Assembly: GCA_040235515.1 (NCBI GenBank)
Contig: JBECKX010000077.1
Span: 1 to 38,721 of the forward strand
DNA: 38,721 nt
Reading direction: 5' to 3'
DNA from: Candidatus Zixiibacteriota bacterium
GTDB lineage: Bacteria; Zixibacteria; MSB-5A5; CAIYYT01
Of the stretch, positions 18,529 through 31,243 are shown in pieces; positions within the stretch are counted from its first letter, which is position 1; each line of letters begins with the position of its first letter. Both the position numbers and the translations under genes were made by a program. The notes beneath the pieces are model-generated. The model was not told where the DNA came from and made no database searches. It was given only the letters and a program-made list of their open reading frames with translations.

Positions 18529-19012
18529 GGTCGAGACCAAGCGTCTCCGGAAACAAATTCCCACCAGGGCATTCTACGATACGATCGGGGATTCGCTTTC
18601 TGTCGGAATCAAACAGAAGGGTCAGTTCAAGGCGAGTCTTGATGCCACCGATTTTTCCTTTGAATTGGCGCGCGACGGCCGTGTGCTAGATATCGAGATC
18701 TGGAAGCCACGCAAAGAGTGGCAATTGGAACGCGCGCTGCACCCACCCGATCATGTCGAACCCGGCACCGTGCTGGTCAAAGATCCGGCGCAAGCTGCGG
18801 AAGATCCCAGGTTCCTCACCAATGCCGAGCGCGATCTGCTCTACATCCAGTTCTCCAATGAGCGTATTTCCCATTCGATCTCACCCGGGACCGCCGTCAT
18901 TTACGGTCTGAACGATTCGAATGAATTGGTCGGGCTCTGGATCATCGGGATCGAAAACGACATCAACTTCGAGAAGGAACAAGTCTGGCGTTCGGAGGTT
19001 GAAGCGCGCTGA
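18515..19012 (+). CDS. Hypothetical protein with two DUF2283-like repeats
   Basis: YDTIGDSLSV...DGRVLDIEI and NAERDLLYIQF...SNELVGLWI both resemble the YD..aD.lYi...G..vGiEi pattern; overlaps the cpoB end. Confidence 0.6.
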   Translation: MSLVKVETKRLRKQIPTRAFYDTIGDSLSVGIKQKGQFKASLDATDFSFELARDGRVLDIEIWKPRKEWQLERALHPPDHVEPGTVLVKDPAQAAEDPRFLTNAERDLLYIQFSNERISHSISPGTAVIYGLNDSNELVGLWIIGIENDINFEKEQVWRSEVEAR

Positions 19013-19179
19013 ACCGTGCCCCCTTTCAAACTCAGCTTGAACTACCGATAAGTTTTAACCACTTCCGCCCCCTGCTGCCGGGTGTCTTCGGAGGCGGCAC
19101 GCAACTCTGTCGCACCGCCCCGCGATTCGTATCATTCCGGATTCAGACAGTTGACAAACACCTGTCGATTCTCTTACCG

Positions 19180-19773
19180 TTAGTCTGCCGGAGGTTGATT
19201 CGGATGATTGGCGGACGCATCGGACCGCGACGGACTGACAATCTCCACCATGGCGACTGTCGAGAGCCACGTATCGTATTCATTTTCACCATTTGACACC
19301 CGATAGAATCCATTAACCGCCGCTACCGCCTCGGAATCCTCCAATGCTTGCGTAACGGGACTCTCTATCACATCCCTCTTGTCGAAGCTGATGATCAGGT
19401 TGTCGTCGATGTAGCAGTAGTAGCAGTCATAGGCATCGATCACGTCGACACCGTTGAATGACAGCGTGAATTGATAGTCCGAGAGCGCGTAACCAGCTTC
19501 GAATGAAAGCCCGATGATTGCGCGGATACTCTCCGAGGCACCTCTTGATTGCAGGTTGATCATGTAGGGACTAATCTGCATTGTTTCTTCGATCGGATCA
19601 TCCGCAGGATCGGTTACGCGATTGGCGCTTGACTGAAGCGAAACGAACTCCTCACCCCCCGCAGGATCGGTCGCACTGCTGGAGCAACCGATCAGAACCA
19701 GCGCAACAATTGCAGCAGAGATGAACAACAATGCGGGCGATCTTCTCGCAAGATGGACACGTAGAGATTTCAT
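19180..19773 (-). CDS. Hypothetical lipoprotein
   Basis: Basic N-terminus, hydrophobic stretch, lipobox LIGC; GGAGG SD. Confidence 0.75.
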   Translation of the reverse strand: MKSLRVHLARRSPALLFISAAIVALVLIGCSSSATDPAGGEEFVSLQSSANRVTDPADDPIEETMQISPYMINLQSRGASESIRAIIGLSFEAGYALSDYQFTLSFNGVDVIDAYDCYYCYIDDNLIISFDKRDVIESPVTQALEDSEAVAAVNGFYRVSNGENEYDTWLSTVAMVEIVSPSRSDASANHPNQPPAD

Positions 19774-20035
19774 AAATCCCTCCCTAAGGAATCTGTTAGA
19801 ATGTCAGGTGCCCGGTAGATCTGATCACTGAACTGGACTGCTTGGATTGATCAGTTGCTACCTAATGAGAGAGCAACCGCCGTGCCGTTCGTACTCTATT
19901 CATCTAATCCGCTGACAAACAGGCGTCTCGTGGTATGAGCTGTCGACCGCTGAAATCGCAAATACCGGGATAATATGTACGTTTTGGTACAATTTTCTGG
20001 CCGCCCTGTTCCGAGCGGTACGCCCCAAGTCGCAG

Positions 20036-20064
20036 TTGCGCAGTTTCGGAGACAATTGTATCCT
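20036..20064 (+). promoter_or_regulatory. Possible sigma70-type promoter of the methyltransferase gene
   Basis: TTGCGC-N17-TATCCT, about 30 nt before the ATG. Confidence 0.4.
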
Positions 20065-20095
20065 TAATCGAGTGTGCTCAGCAAGGAGGGCGACT

Positions 20096-20851
20096 ATGCC
20101 GAAGTCACGAAAACCACTCTGGTTTGAAGATGAGTCATTTTGGCGCGACACCTACCCGTTTATGTTCTCCGACTCTCGAATCGAGGCCGCGAAGGAAGAA
20201 ACCGAACAAGTGCTGGGGCTGGCAAAACCAAAGGGTAAAGACCTGCTTGACCTTTGCTGCGGACCGGGGCGATTCGCAATCGAGCTGGCAAAGCGCAAGT
20301 TCCGCGTCACCGCCGTCGATCGCACGAAGTTCTTGCTCGACAAGGCCAAAGCCAGAGCGAGGCGCAACAAGCAGAAGATCGAATGGGTCGGTTGTGACAT
20401 GCGGGAGTTTGTTCGACCAGACGCTTTCGATCTGGTCATCAACCTCTACACTTCATTCGGATATTTCGAGGACCCGAATGAAGACCTGCAGATCTTGAGG
20501 AATATCCACACGTCATTGCGCGCCGGCGGTATTTGCGTGTTCGATCTGATCGGCAAGGAACGACTGGCGAAGATCTTCCTGCCGAGCGCTACAACCGAGC
20601 TTCCGAACGGCAGCAAGTTGATCCAACTCCATCAAATCATCGATGATTGGACTCGCATTCAAAATGAGTGGATAGTGATCAAGAACGAACGCGCCACAAG
20701 CTACCACTTTCCATTACGGGTCTACTCCGGCCTCGAGTTTCGAGACCGCCTCGAGCAGGCAGGATTCAGCAAAATCAAGCTGTATGGCAGTTTCGCGGGT
20801 GCACCGTACGACGAGAAAGCGCAACGATTGGTGGTGGTTGCGCGCAAGTAG
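20096..20851 (+). CDS. Class I SAM-dependent methyltransferase
   Basis: LLDLCCGPGR motif I, DMRE, FDLVINLYTSFGYF; AAGGAGG SD before ATG 20096. Confidence 0.92.
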   Translation: MPKSRKPLWFEDESFWRDTYPFMFSDSRIEAAKEETEQVLGLAKPKGKDLLDLCCGPGRFAIELAKRKFRVTAVDRTKFLLDKAKARARRNKQKIEWVGCDMREFVRPDAFDLVINLYTSFGYFEDPNEDLQILRNIHTSLRAGGICVFDLIGKERLAKIFLPSATTELPNGSKLIQLHQIIDDWTRIQNEWIVIKNERATSYHFPLRVYSGLEFRDRLEQAGFSKIKLYGSFAGAPYDEKAQRLVVVARK

Positions 20852-20863
20852 CGGGTAAACCCA

Positions 20864-21763
20864 CTACTCGCGCCTGAGCGGGGAGTCAGCCTTTCTGAAG
20901 TAGCTGTACAGATGATCGAATATCGGCAGGCGGTTGAGGGGGCTGTAAGCGTCATGGTATTCCATCAGCACTCGACCCAACCGGTCGATGAGTGGGATGT
21001 AGCCGAACGGATTGAACATGCCGCCGGAGGCGTAACGACGCTGTACAAGCTTGAACCCATGTTTCGAGAGCGTCGCATCGACCAGCTCTTTACTCATGAA
21101 ATTCAGATGCAGGGGGGGATCATCCATATGCCAGCGCCTCCCGAGGCTATCCAGCAACCTGCGCTTGAGGCACTCGCGCGTCGGGACCATGATCGCCAGG
21201 ATTCCGTCACGCTCGACTAAGCCGGCTGCGCGGGTCAGGAAGGTCACAGGATCCGGCAGGTGTTCGATCACCGCATAGCAGGTGAGTAGATCGAACTGCA
21301 TCTCAAATTCGGCCTTCTCAAGATACTCCTGGTGTATCTCCAGTCCCCTGGCGCGTGCGATTTCCGCCGAGTTCTTCGAGAGTTCGACGCCGACCCGGCG
21401 CACCTCGACCGGCCAATGCATCAAAAAGTCACCGGTACGGCAACCTACATCAAGCACACTGCTGACGCGCTTGCCCGCCAGACGTTGCAGCCGCCTGACC
21501 TCGCGCGCCCAGTAGCGGTTGGGTGTGAATTCGGGTCGATAAATCGCGGCGTTGTCGGAAGACTGCTCGTCGTAGAGCGTCGCCAGATCAACCTGATGCT
21601 GGTTCAGATCGTAGAATGCCGATCCGCAACTGCGACATTCATAGAGAGTATATGACTCTCCGGTATGAGTACTCTCTACCTCGGTTCGGGAGTCAGTCTG
21701 CGCAGAGCCACAACAGATGCATGGTAGCCTGGATGCAGCCTCGCTTTTTCGGGTAGCACACAT
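20864..21763 (-). CDS. Class I SAM-dependent methyltransferase with N-terminal Cys-rich zinc ribbon
   Basis: CICCGS...CRSCG, VLDVGCRTG, GVELS, FDLLT..AVIEHLPDP, P.HL. Start uncertain; ATG 21763 preferred over the track's 21823. Confidence 0.88.
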   Translation of the reverse strand: MCATRKSEAASRLPCICCGSAQTDSRTEVESTHTGESYTLYECRSCGSAFYDLNQHQVDLATLYDEQSSDNAAIYRPEFTPNRYWAREVRRLQRLAGKRVSSVLDVGCRTGDFLMHWPVEVRRVGVELSKNSAEIARARGLEIHQEYLEKAEFEMQFDLLTCYAVIEHLPDPVTFLTRAAGLVERDGILAIMVPTRECLKRRLLDSLGRRWHMDDPPLHLNFMSKELVDATLSKHGFKLVQRRYASGGMFNPFGYIPLIDRLGRVLMEYHDAYSPLNRLPIFDHLYSYFRKADSPLRRE

Positions 21764-21770
21764 GACACCG

Positions 21771-21799
21771 ATAATATTCCGTTCTTGTCGCAAGTACAA
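21771..21799 (-). promoter_or_regulatory. sigma70-type promoter with leaderless geometry
   Basis: Minus strand TTGTAC-N17-TATTAT, then 7 nt, then ATG 21763. Confidence 0.5.
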
Positions 21800-21905
21800 C
21801 AGCTCTCTCTCCGCGCGCTTCACAGATTACCGATTCATCCGCGTCTGAAGTTTACTCTATCCAATACTCAAACTGGATTGTATAATTGACCGGTAGCGTC
21901 GCTAA

Positions 21906-21932
21906 TAGTTTCAGTAGTTTCAGTAGTTTCAC
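21906..21932 (+). repeat. Three tandem 9-bp repeats
   Basis: TAGTTTCAG TAGTTTCAG TAGTTTCAC, just downstream of TATAAT (21881-21886). Confidence 0.7.
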
Positions 21933-21965
21933 CAGTATGGCCCACAGATTGTCGAGGATGAAGTG

Positions 21966-22685
21966 ATGGGAGAGCAGAGTAAGTTCGGTGCCGTTGTGAT
22001 GGGGGGCGCCTTCGTAGTCGGTATGCTTTTATTGGGCCTGATGTTGACCGGCTCGGTCAGAACATTCAAGGAGTATGATCGTACTGTCAGCGTGAAAGGT
22101 CTCTCGGAACGCGAGTATCCGGCGGATGTCGTGATCTGGCCGATCCAATTCGTGGAAGCTGACAATGATCTGGGTCGGTTGTACGGCTCGATCGAAAGCA
22201 GCAACGAACGGATTCGAGCGTTCCTGGAGCAGCGCGGAATCTCCGCTGAAGAGATTACCGTCTCGCAACCGTCAATCACCGACAAGTCGGCGCAGATGTA
22301 CGGCGGAAACTCAGCACCGGAATTCCGTTATTCCGCGACCCAAACCGTGACGGTCTATTCGACGCAGATTGACCTGGTACGCAAGGTGATGAATCAACTG
22401 CCGGAGCTTGGCAAGAACGGTATCGCCTTTACCGGCGATGACTACATGGCGCGCACCGAGTATCTCTTTACGCGGCTGAACGACGTGAAGCCGGAAATGA
22501 TCGAAGAGGCAACCAAGAACGCACGCGAGGTTGCACTCAAGTTCGCCGAGGATTCAGAGAGCAAGCTCGGGAAAATCAAGACGGCGTACCAGGGACTCTT
22601 TACGATCGACTCGCGCGACAACAGCACGCCTTACATAAAGAAAGTACGCGTAGTTTCAACGGTTGAGTACTATCTCTCAGACTAA
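21966..22685 (+). CDS. SIMPL domain (DUF541) protein
   Basis: N-terminal TM; RTVSVKGLSERE..AD.V.WPI, L..VKPEMI.EATKNAR..A.KFA.DS.S.LGKIK.A.QG.F.I, KKVRVVSTVEY. Alternative GTG start at 21963. Confidence 0.9.
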   Translation: MGEQSKFGAVVMGGAFVVGMLLLGLMLTGSVRTFKEYDRTVSVKGLSEREYPADVVIWPIQFVEADNDLGRLYGSIESSNERIRAFLEQRGISAEEITVSQPSITDKSAQMYGGNSAPEFRYSATQTVTVYSTQIDLVRKVMNQLPELGKNGIAFTGDDYMARTEYLFTRLNDVKPEMIEEATKNAREVALKFAEDSESKLGKIKTAYQGLFTIDSRDNSTPYIKKVRVVSTVEYYLSD

Positions 22686-22697
22686 CGGGACAACCCT

Positions 22698-23240
22698 ATG
22701 AGCAACTCGAGTTGGATTGCCGAGGTCAGAGCGCAATATCAGGCCTATAAGAAGGCGTGTGAGCGAGCAGCTGCACAGGTGGGCGACGAACAGTTCTTTG
22801 AGTCGATCAACGGGACACACACCAGTATCGGTATGTTGATGAAGCACCTGGGCGGCAATCACTATTCGCGCTGGCGAGACTTCCTGACCGCTGATGGTGA
22901 GAAGAATGACCGTGACCGCGAATCAGAGTTTGTTACGGTCGGCGAAACTCGCGCTTCGGTTCTGGAGAAGTGGGAGCGAGGCTGGAAGACAGCGTTCGAT
23001 GCGCTCGATTCTCTCACGCAAGAGGATATCGAACGCGAGGTAACGATCAGGGGGGAGCCGACTCCGGTACGGCGCGCTATCCTGCGCAACCTCAACCATG
23101 TCTCCTATCACGCCGGCCAGATAGTCATGATTGCACGCGGCATTCTTGGCGAACAATGGGAATTCCTGAGCATACCGCCCGGCAAGAGCTCCGACTACAA
23201 TGACTCAATGCGCGCGAAGTTCGGTGACTGGAAAGGTTAG
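22698..23240 (+). CDS. DUF1572/DinB-family protein
   Basis: SIGMLMKHLGGN..SRW.DFLT.DGEK..R.R..EF, VTIRGE, H..YH.GQIV, W..LSIP.GKS. Confidence 0.88.
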   Translation: MSNSSWIAEVRAQYQAYKKACERAAAQVGDEQFFESINGTHTSIGMLMKHLGGNHYSRWRDFLTADGEKNDRDRESEFVTVGETRASVLEKWERGWKTAFDALDSLTQEDIEREVTIRGEPTPVRRAILRNLNHVSYHAGQIVMIARGILGEQWEFLSIPPGKSSDYNDSMRAKFGDWKG

Positions 23241-24196
23241 GCCTCCAGGGCCGCCCTGATCTTCTTCCAGCGGCAGACCAATTCGTGCGCAGCGACACCC
23301 CAGTCCTGATACTTGAACTCAAATCCATGCTCAAGTAACCTGCCCGGTACCACGCGTCGACTCTTCAGGATCAGTTCGCTATCGGAACGGATCAGGAAAG
23401 CAGCTATCTCAACCATCCATTTTGTGGCCGGAAGCCCGATGTTTGTTCCCCAGGCGCGACGCAACTCTGCCATAAATTCCCGTTGAGTCACCGGGTTCGG
23501 TGAAGCGATATTTATCGCCCCCTCAAGCTTATCAGCCTCGATCAAGAATTCGATCGCTCTGACAAAGTCCTCTTCATGAATCCAGGAAATGTATTGTCTC
23601 CCCCCGGCTATCGTGCCACCCAAACCAAGGCGCGTGAGCTTGAGCAGTTGATCGAAAATCCCACCACGGTCGGGGCTCATGATCATTGCCGAGCGTAACG
23701 CGATCCTGCGGGTGTTCGGGGTCTCTGCGTCTTCCTGCGCCTGCTCCCAGGCCGTCGCAATTTTGACGCTATTACCCCAGTACTCCGGCACCTCCGGCTC
23801 GAACTCACCGATCGTCCCGCCGACTTCATCGTGGGCGGCGCCGTGCGTGTGCGCATAGATCGTCGCGGTGCTCGCTTGCAGCCACAGCCTGGGAGGTCGC
23901 TCGGCACGCGCGATCGCTTTCCCGACGACCCGGGTGGAGTCTACACGCGAATCGAGCATCTCCTTCAAGTTCTTCTCGGTATAGCGGCAGTTGACGTTTC
24001 GACCCGCGAGGTTTATGACAACGTCAGCTCCATCGAGGTGTTTCGCCCACGCGCCCAGGGTCTTGCCATCCCACTCTATTTGACTGGCGAGTTTTTCGTG
24101 ACGCCCAATGACAACGACATCATACTCCTTTCGCCGGAATGCTCGCGTGAGAACATTGCCGACCTGCCCACTTCCACCAGGAATCACAATCTTCAT
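23237..24196 (-). CDS. NAD-dependent epimerase family protein (TIGR01777/DUF1731 type)
   Basis: MKIVIPGGSGQVG Rossmann motif, DVVINLAGR, SRVDST, WE, GLGG....G.QY.SWIH, S.RVVP.RL...GF.F; GGAG SD before ATG 24196. Confidence 0.9.
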   Translation of the reverse strand: MKIVIPGGSGQVGNVLTRAFRRKEYDVVVIGRHEKLASQIEWDGKTLGAWAKHLDGADVVINLAGRNVNCRYTEKNLKEMLDSRVDSTRVVGKAIARAERPPRLWLQASTATIYAHTHGAAHDEVGGTIGEFEPEVPEYWGNSVKIATAWEQAQEDAETPNTRRIALRSAMIMSPDRGGIFDQLLKLTRLGLGGTIAGGRQYISWIHEEDFVRAIEFLIEADKLEGAINIASPNPVTQREFMAELRRAWGTNIGLPATKWMVEIAAFLIRSDSELILKSRRVVPGRLLEHGFEFKYQDWGVAAHELVCRWKKIRAALEA

Positions 24197-24344
24197 GGCA
24201 TCACTCCAGTGAACGATCGCCCGGACCGAAATATACGCGAAATGCAATTCGCCCCGCAACAATTGTGACGAAACCGAGCACGCTGCGCCACGGTTCAAAG
24301 ACATTGTGATTGCCTTCTGTCTTGTAGTGACCAACTTATGAGAC

Positions 24345-25448
24345 ATGCACCTGACGCGCGTCAAAATCTCCGACTTCCGCAATATCGGAGTAATCGAGTT
24401 CGAACCGCATGAATCGGTTAATCTGATCGGCGGCCGTAACGGTTCAGGGAAGACCTCGATCCTTGAGGCGATCTTCTATGCCTGCACGGCCAAGAGTTTT
24501 CGCGGGGCGTCGGATGATCTGCTGCTCCGTAATGGCGCCGAGATCGCCCGCATTGAGGTTGCTGGAAAAGTCAACGCCGCCGAGACCGAAGTCGAGCTGG
24601 CCTGGGGGAAAGGTCAAAAGCGGCAGATCAAAGTGGACGGTGTGAAACTGACCCGCGTCGCCGATCTGTTTGACTATTTCCATGCCGTAAGCTATGTGCC
24701 GGAAGACACCGAGCTGGTCTACGGTCCTCCCTCGACGCGCAGGCATCTGCTTGACCTTTATATCTCGCAAGCTGACAAGCGTTACCTGGGGGACCTGATA
24801 CAGTACAACAAGATACTGGCCCAGCGCAACGCGCTACTCAAAGATTTCGAGATCGGCGAGGATGAGGATTCGCAGCTGGATTTGCTGGAAGTCTGGGACC
24901 TGCAACTGGCGGAAGTCGGAGCGCGGATCAATGCTCGCCGCCTGAGGATGGTGACCGAGACGCGGGAGAATCTTGCACTCTTCTACCGTTCGATCGAAGG
25001 GGGCACAAGTGAGTTGACCTGGCAGCTCGACACCTCGATCAAGGAAGAGGCCGGCTCGGCAGAGGCATTTGCTGCGCGGCTCAAGGAGGTGCGCAAACGG
25101 GACCTCTACTTCGGTTCGACCTCCGCCGGTCCACATCGCGACGATCTGTTGATTGTGCTCAACAGCAATCCAACGAGAGGTTACGCCTCGCAGGGAGAGG
25201 CGAAATCAGCGGCACTCGCCATCAAGTTTGCGATCTACAACTACCTCAGTGATGCGCTCGATGACACACCGATCCTGTTGCTCGATGAACTGGCAAGTGA
25301 CCTCGACGCCAATAGATTAGCGGCTCTCATGCAAACTCTGCCGCAACTGGGACAGGTTTTTCTCACCTCCGCGCGCCCGGAAGATCTGCGCGAGACCGCA
25401 TCAATACAGGCCGAGATCAATGTTGCGGGTGGAATGCTGATCACCTGA
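24345..25448 (+). CDS. recF: DNA replication/repair protein RecF
   Basis: FRN, Walker A GRNGSGKT, KSFR, L.QRNALLK, GPHRDD, ASQGE signature, PILLLDE..S.LD. Confidence 0.96.
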   Translation: MHLTRVKISDFRNIGVIEFEPHESVNLIGGRNGSGKTSILEAIFYACTAKSFRGASDDLLLRNGAEIARIEVAGKVNAAETEVELAWGKGQKRQIKVDGVKLTRVADLFDYFHAVSYVPEDTELVYGPPSTRRHLLDLYISQADKRYLGDLIQYNKILAQRNALLKDFEIGEDEDSQLDLLEVWDLQLAEVGARINARRLRMVTETRENLALFYRSIEGGTSELTWQLDTSIKEEAGSAEAFAARLKEVRKRDLYFGSTSAGPHRDDLLIVLNSNPTRGYASQGEAKSAALAIKFAIYNYLSDALDDTPILLLDELASDLDANRLAALMQTLPQLGQVFLTSARPEDLRETASIQAEINVAGGMLIT

Positions 25449-25617
25449 CGACACAAGATTCAACAATGTCGACTTAAAACGTTCTGTTTTATAACACACT
25501 GTACCGCAATGGGTTGCGTGGGCAAAAAAGCGAAAAAAACGGGGTGTTTCGGTTGGCGGATACGTATAAAATTTAGTATATATAGTGTTCAATTGGCAAT
25601 GCTGGGAGCGTGTGAGA

Positions 25618-25917
25618 ATGAGTGAATCGAGGATCAGAAGAGCGGAGAAAATCGGGGATGTACTCTCGCGCACGCTGAAACATCTCGGACTCACTCAGCG
25701 GCTCAATGAGGCGGATGTCGTCCGTCTCTTCCCCGAAATTGTGGGAGCCAAGATCGCCGAGAAGGCCCACGCTGTCAGTATTAACAAGGGAATCCTGCGT
25801 GTCAAAGTCTCTTCTGCCGTCTGGCGTCAGGAGTTGAACTTCACCCGCGTTGAAATGATTGAAAAACTGAATGCTGCCCTCGGCGCGAATGTCGTCCGGG
25901 AGATTCACTTCAGTTGA
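25618..25917 (+). CDS. dciA: DUF721/DciA-family protein (replicative helicase operator)
   Basis: IVG..IA....AV....G.L.V.V.S.VWRQEL.......I.KLN..LG...V.EI.F; canonical position between recF and gyrB. Confidence 0.85.
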   Translation: MSESRIRRAEKIGDVLSRTLKHLGLTQRLNEADVVRLFPEIVGAKIAEKAHAVSINKGILRVKVSSAVWRQELNFTRVEMIEKLNAALGANVVREIHFS

Positions 25918-25991
25918 AACCACGGCTTCGCCTGAATGCATCGAAGCTGCAACATCGAAGTTTCTGCATCGAGTTAGTATAAACCCGTTGA

Positions 25992-28590
<2,599 letters not shown>

Positions 28591-28727
28591 TTAGGTACGC
28601 GCAAACAACGCGACCATAGATGAGCCGCGGTGCACGAGGACGTACACCGCGCACATTCACGAGAGCTTGGGCGAGATAATCGCCTCACATATACAGAGCG
28701 CATGTTAGAACCATCAAGGAACCATAA

Positions 28728-31211
28728 ATGTCTATAAGCAGAGAAAACTTAGTTACGGTTTACCTCGAGGAGGAGATGAAATCCTCCTACCTCGATTACT
28801 CGATGTCGGTCATCACTTCGCGAGCATTGCCTGATGTCCGTGATGGCCTCAAGCCTTCCAACCGGCGCATCCTGATCGCCATGAACGACCTCAACCTCTC
28901 ACCCGATCGGCCGCATCGTAAGTGCGCCAAGATCGCCGGCGATACCTCCGGTAACTACCACCCGCACGGTGAACAGGTCGTCTACCCCACGCTTGTGCGC
29001 ATGGCACAGGACTTCAACATGCGCTATCCGCTCGTGGATGGTCAGGGCAACTTCGGCTCGATCGATGGCGACGAGGCTGCCGCCATGCGTTACACGGAAG
29101 CGCGCCTGACTCCGATCGCCATGGAGATGCTGGCTGATCTCGATCGCGATACGGTCGACTTCATGCCCAACTATGACGAGACCCTCAGAGAACCGCGGGT
29201 ACTGCCGAGCAAGTTCCCCAACCTGCTCTGCAACGGTTCCTCCGGTATTGCGGTTGGAATGTCCACCAATATGCCGCCTCACAACCTGACTGAGGTGGTC
29301 AACGCGCTGGTGGCACTGATCGACGAACCGGAGATGGAAGACAAGAAGCTACTCAAGTATGTTTCCGGCCCCGACTTCCCGACCGGAGGCATCATCTATG
29401 GTCGTGCCGGAATCCGCGAGGCCTACCTCACCGGACGTGGTCGCCTGAATGTGCGCGCCAAAGCCAACATCGAACGGCTGAAGAACGGCAAAGAGAATAT
29501 CGTCATCTCCGAGATCCCCTACCAGGTTAACAAGGCTAACCTGATCGAGAAGATCGCCGACCTGGTGCGCAACAAGAACATCGAGGATGTCGCCGACCTG
29601 CGCGATGAGTCAGATCGTGACGGCATGCGCATCGTGGTAGAACTGAAGCGCGATGCCCAGGCGCAGATCGTGATGAATCAGCTCTACAAGCATACGATGA
29701 TGCAGTCGACATTCGGTGTGATCATGCTGTCGCTCGTTGATGGCGCCCCAAAGGTGATGCCGCTCAAGCGCGTTCTGCAGGAGTTTGTCGATCATCGCCA
29801 TGAAGTCGTGGTTCGCCGAGCGCAATTCGATCTCAACAAAGCTGAAGCCCGTGCGCATATCCTTGAAGGCTTGCGTATCGCACTCGACAATATCGATGCC
29901 ATCATCAAGCTGATTCGCGCTTCGCAGACTGTGCAGGAAGCTAAGGAGGGCTTGATGAGCAATTTCAAGCTGACCGATATTCAGGCGCAGGCAATCCTCG
30001 ATATGCGCCTGCAGAGGCTCACCGGGCTCGAACGCGAGAAGATAGAAGAGGAATACCGCGAACTGCTCAAGCAGATCGAGTACCTCAAGAATGTGCTCTC
30101 CAGCCGCGATATGCGCATGGAAATCATCAAGGAAGAACTGGTTGATCTCCGTACCCGCTTCGGCGATGCTCGCCGCACCGAGATCGTCGACGAAGAAGAA
30201 GAAATGACCGTAGAAGATCTGATCGCCGAGGAAGATATGGTGATCACGATCAGCCATATGGGCTACATCAAACGCCTGTCAACCTCCGCCTACCGTCGCC
30301 AGAATCGTGGTGGTAAAGGCGTGATCGGCGCAAGCATGAAGGATGAGGATTTCGTGGAGCACCTCTTCATCGGCTCCACGCACGACTACATCCTTTTCTT
30401 CAGCGATAAGGGTAAGTGCTACTGGGTGAAGGTGCACGAGATCCCTGTCGGCGGAAAGCTGGCAAAGGGTAAGCCAATCGTCAACATGGTACAACTTGAG
30501 GATGGTGAACGGATCATGGCATTCGTGCCGGTCCGCAACTTCGAAGAGAATCACTATGTCGTAATGGCTACCCGCAATGGCCAGGTCAAGAAAACCGAGC
30601 TGACGCAGTTCAGCAATCCGCGCCGCGATGGCATCAAGGCGATCAATATCCCTGACGATGATCAACTGATCGAGGTCGACATCTCCGATGGCACCAACGA
30701 TATCATCCTCGCCACTCACAACGGTCAGGCTATTCGCTTTAATGAAGAGAATGTGCGGCCGATGGGGCGTACCGCCTACGGTGTGCGCGGCATGAACCTG
30801 GTGGACAATGATTACCTGGTGGCGATGGTGGTCGTAAAGCGTGAGACATCGCTGCTTACTGTAACCGAGAACGGCTACGGCAAGCGCACTCCGATCGCCG
30901 AATACCGAATCACCAATCGCGGCGGCAAGGGTGTCATCAACATGAAGACCACTGCACGCAATGGCAAGGTGATCGCGGTCAAGGAAGTGGTTGATCAGGA
31001 TGGATTGATGATTATCACCGAGAAGGGTATCATCATCCGTCAGGGAGCCGACAATATCAGCGTGATCGGACGTGCCACCCAGGGTGTTAAATTGATCAAC
31101 CTTGGCACCGGCGATAAGGTCAAAGATGTCGCCCGCATCATCCATGAGGAGGATGAGAACGGCAACGGCAATGGCGACAATGGTGGCGAGCAGGGAGAAC
31201 TGCTGAACTAG
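28728..31211 (+). CDS. gyrA: DNA gyrase subunit A
   Basis: [17 protein letters not shown], catalytic [18 protein letters not shown], GyrA-box QNRGGKG, CTD blades, acidic tail; AAGGA SD. Confidence 0.97.
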   Translation: MSISRENLVTVYLEEEMKSSYLDYSMSVITSRALPDVRDGLKPSNRRILIAMNDLNLSPDRPHRKCAKIAGDTSGNYHPHGEQVVYPTLVRMAQDFNMRYPLVDGQGNFGSIDGDEAAAMRYTEARLTPIAMEMLADLDRDTVDFMPNYDETLREPRVLPSKFPNLLCNGSSGIAVGMSTNMPPHNLTEVVNALVALIDEPEMEDKKLLKYVSGPDFPTGGIIYGRAGIREAYLTGRGRLNVRAKANIERLKNGKENIVISEIPYQVNKANLIEKIADLVRNKNIEDVADLRDESDRDGMRIVVELKRDAQAQIVMNQLYKHTMMQSTFGVIMLSLVDGAPKVMPLKRVLQEFVDHRHEVVVRRAQFDLNKAEARAHILEGLRIALDNIDAIIKLIRASQTVQEAKEGLMSNFKLTDIQAQAILDMRLQRLTGLEREKIEEEYRELLKQIEYLKNVLSSRDMRMEIIKEELVDLRTRFGDARRTEIVDEEEEMTVEDLIAEEDMVITISHMGYIKRLSTSAYRRQNRGGKGVIGASMKDEDFVEHLFIGSTHDYILFFSDKGKCYWVKVHEIPVGGKLAKGKPIVNMVQLEDGERIMAFVPVRNFEENHYVVMATRNGQVKKTELTQFSNPRRDGIKAINIPDDDQLIEVDISDGTNDIILATHNGQAIRFNEENVRPMGRTAYGVRGMNLVDNDYLVAMVVVKRETSLLTVTENGYGKRTPIAEYRITNRGGKGVINMKTTARNGKVIAVKEVVDQDGLMIITEKGIIIRQGADNISVIGRATQGVKLINLGTGDKVKDVARIIHEEDENGNGNGDNGGEQGELLN

Positions 31212-31243
31212 GCGTTGAAGTGACTTGCCACGGTTGGTAGTCC

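Noticed and set aside
24197..24382. 62-aa N-terminal extension of the epimerase in the ORF track
   Set aside because: It would overlap the recF start; the Rossmann motif begins right after ATG 24196, which has an SD.
25449..25617. oriC in the AT-rich recF-dciA gap
   Set aside because: No convincing DnaA boxes (TTATCCACA) and no adjacent dnaA; more likely a promoter region.
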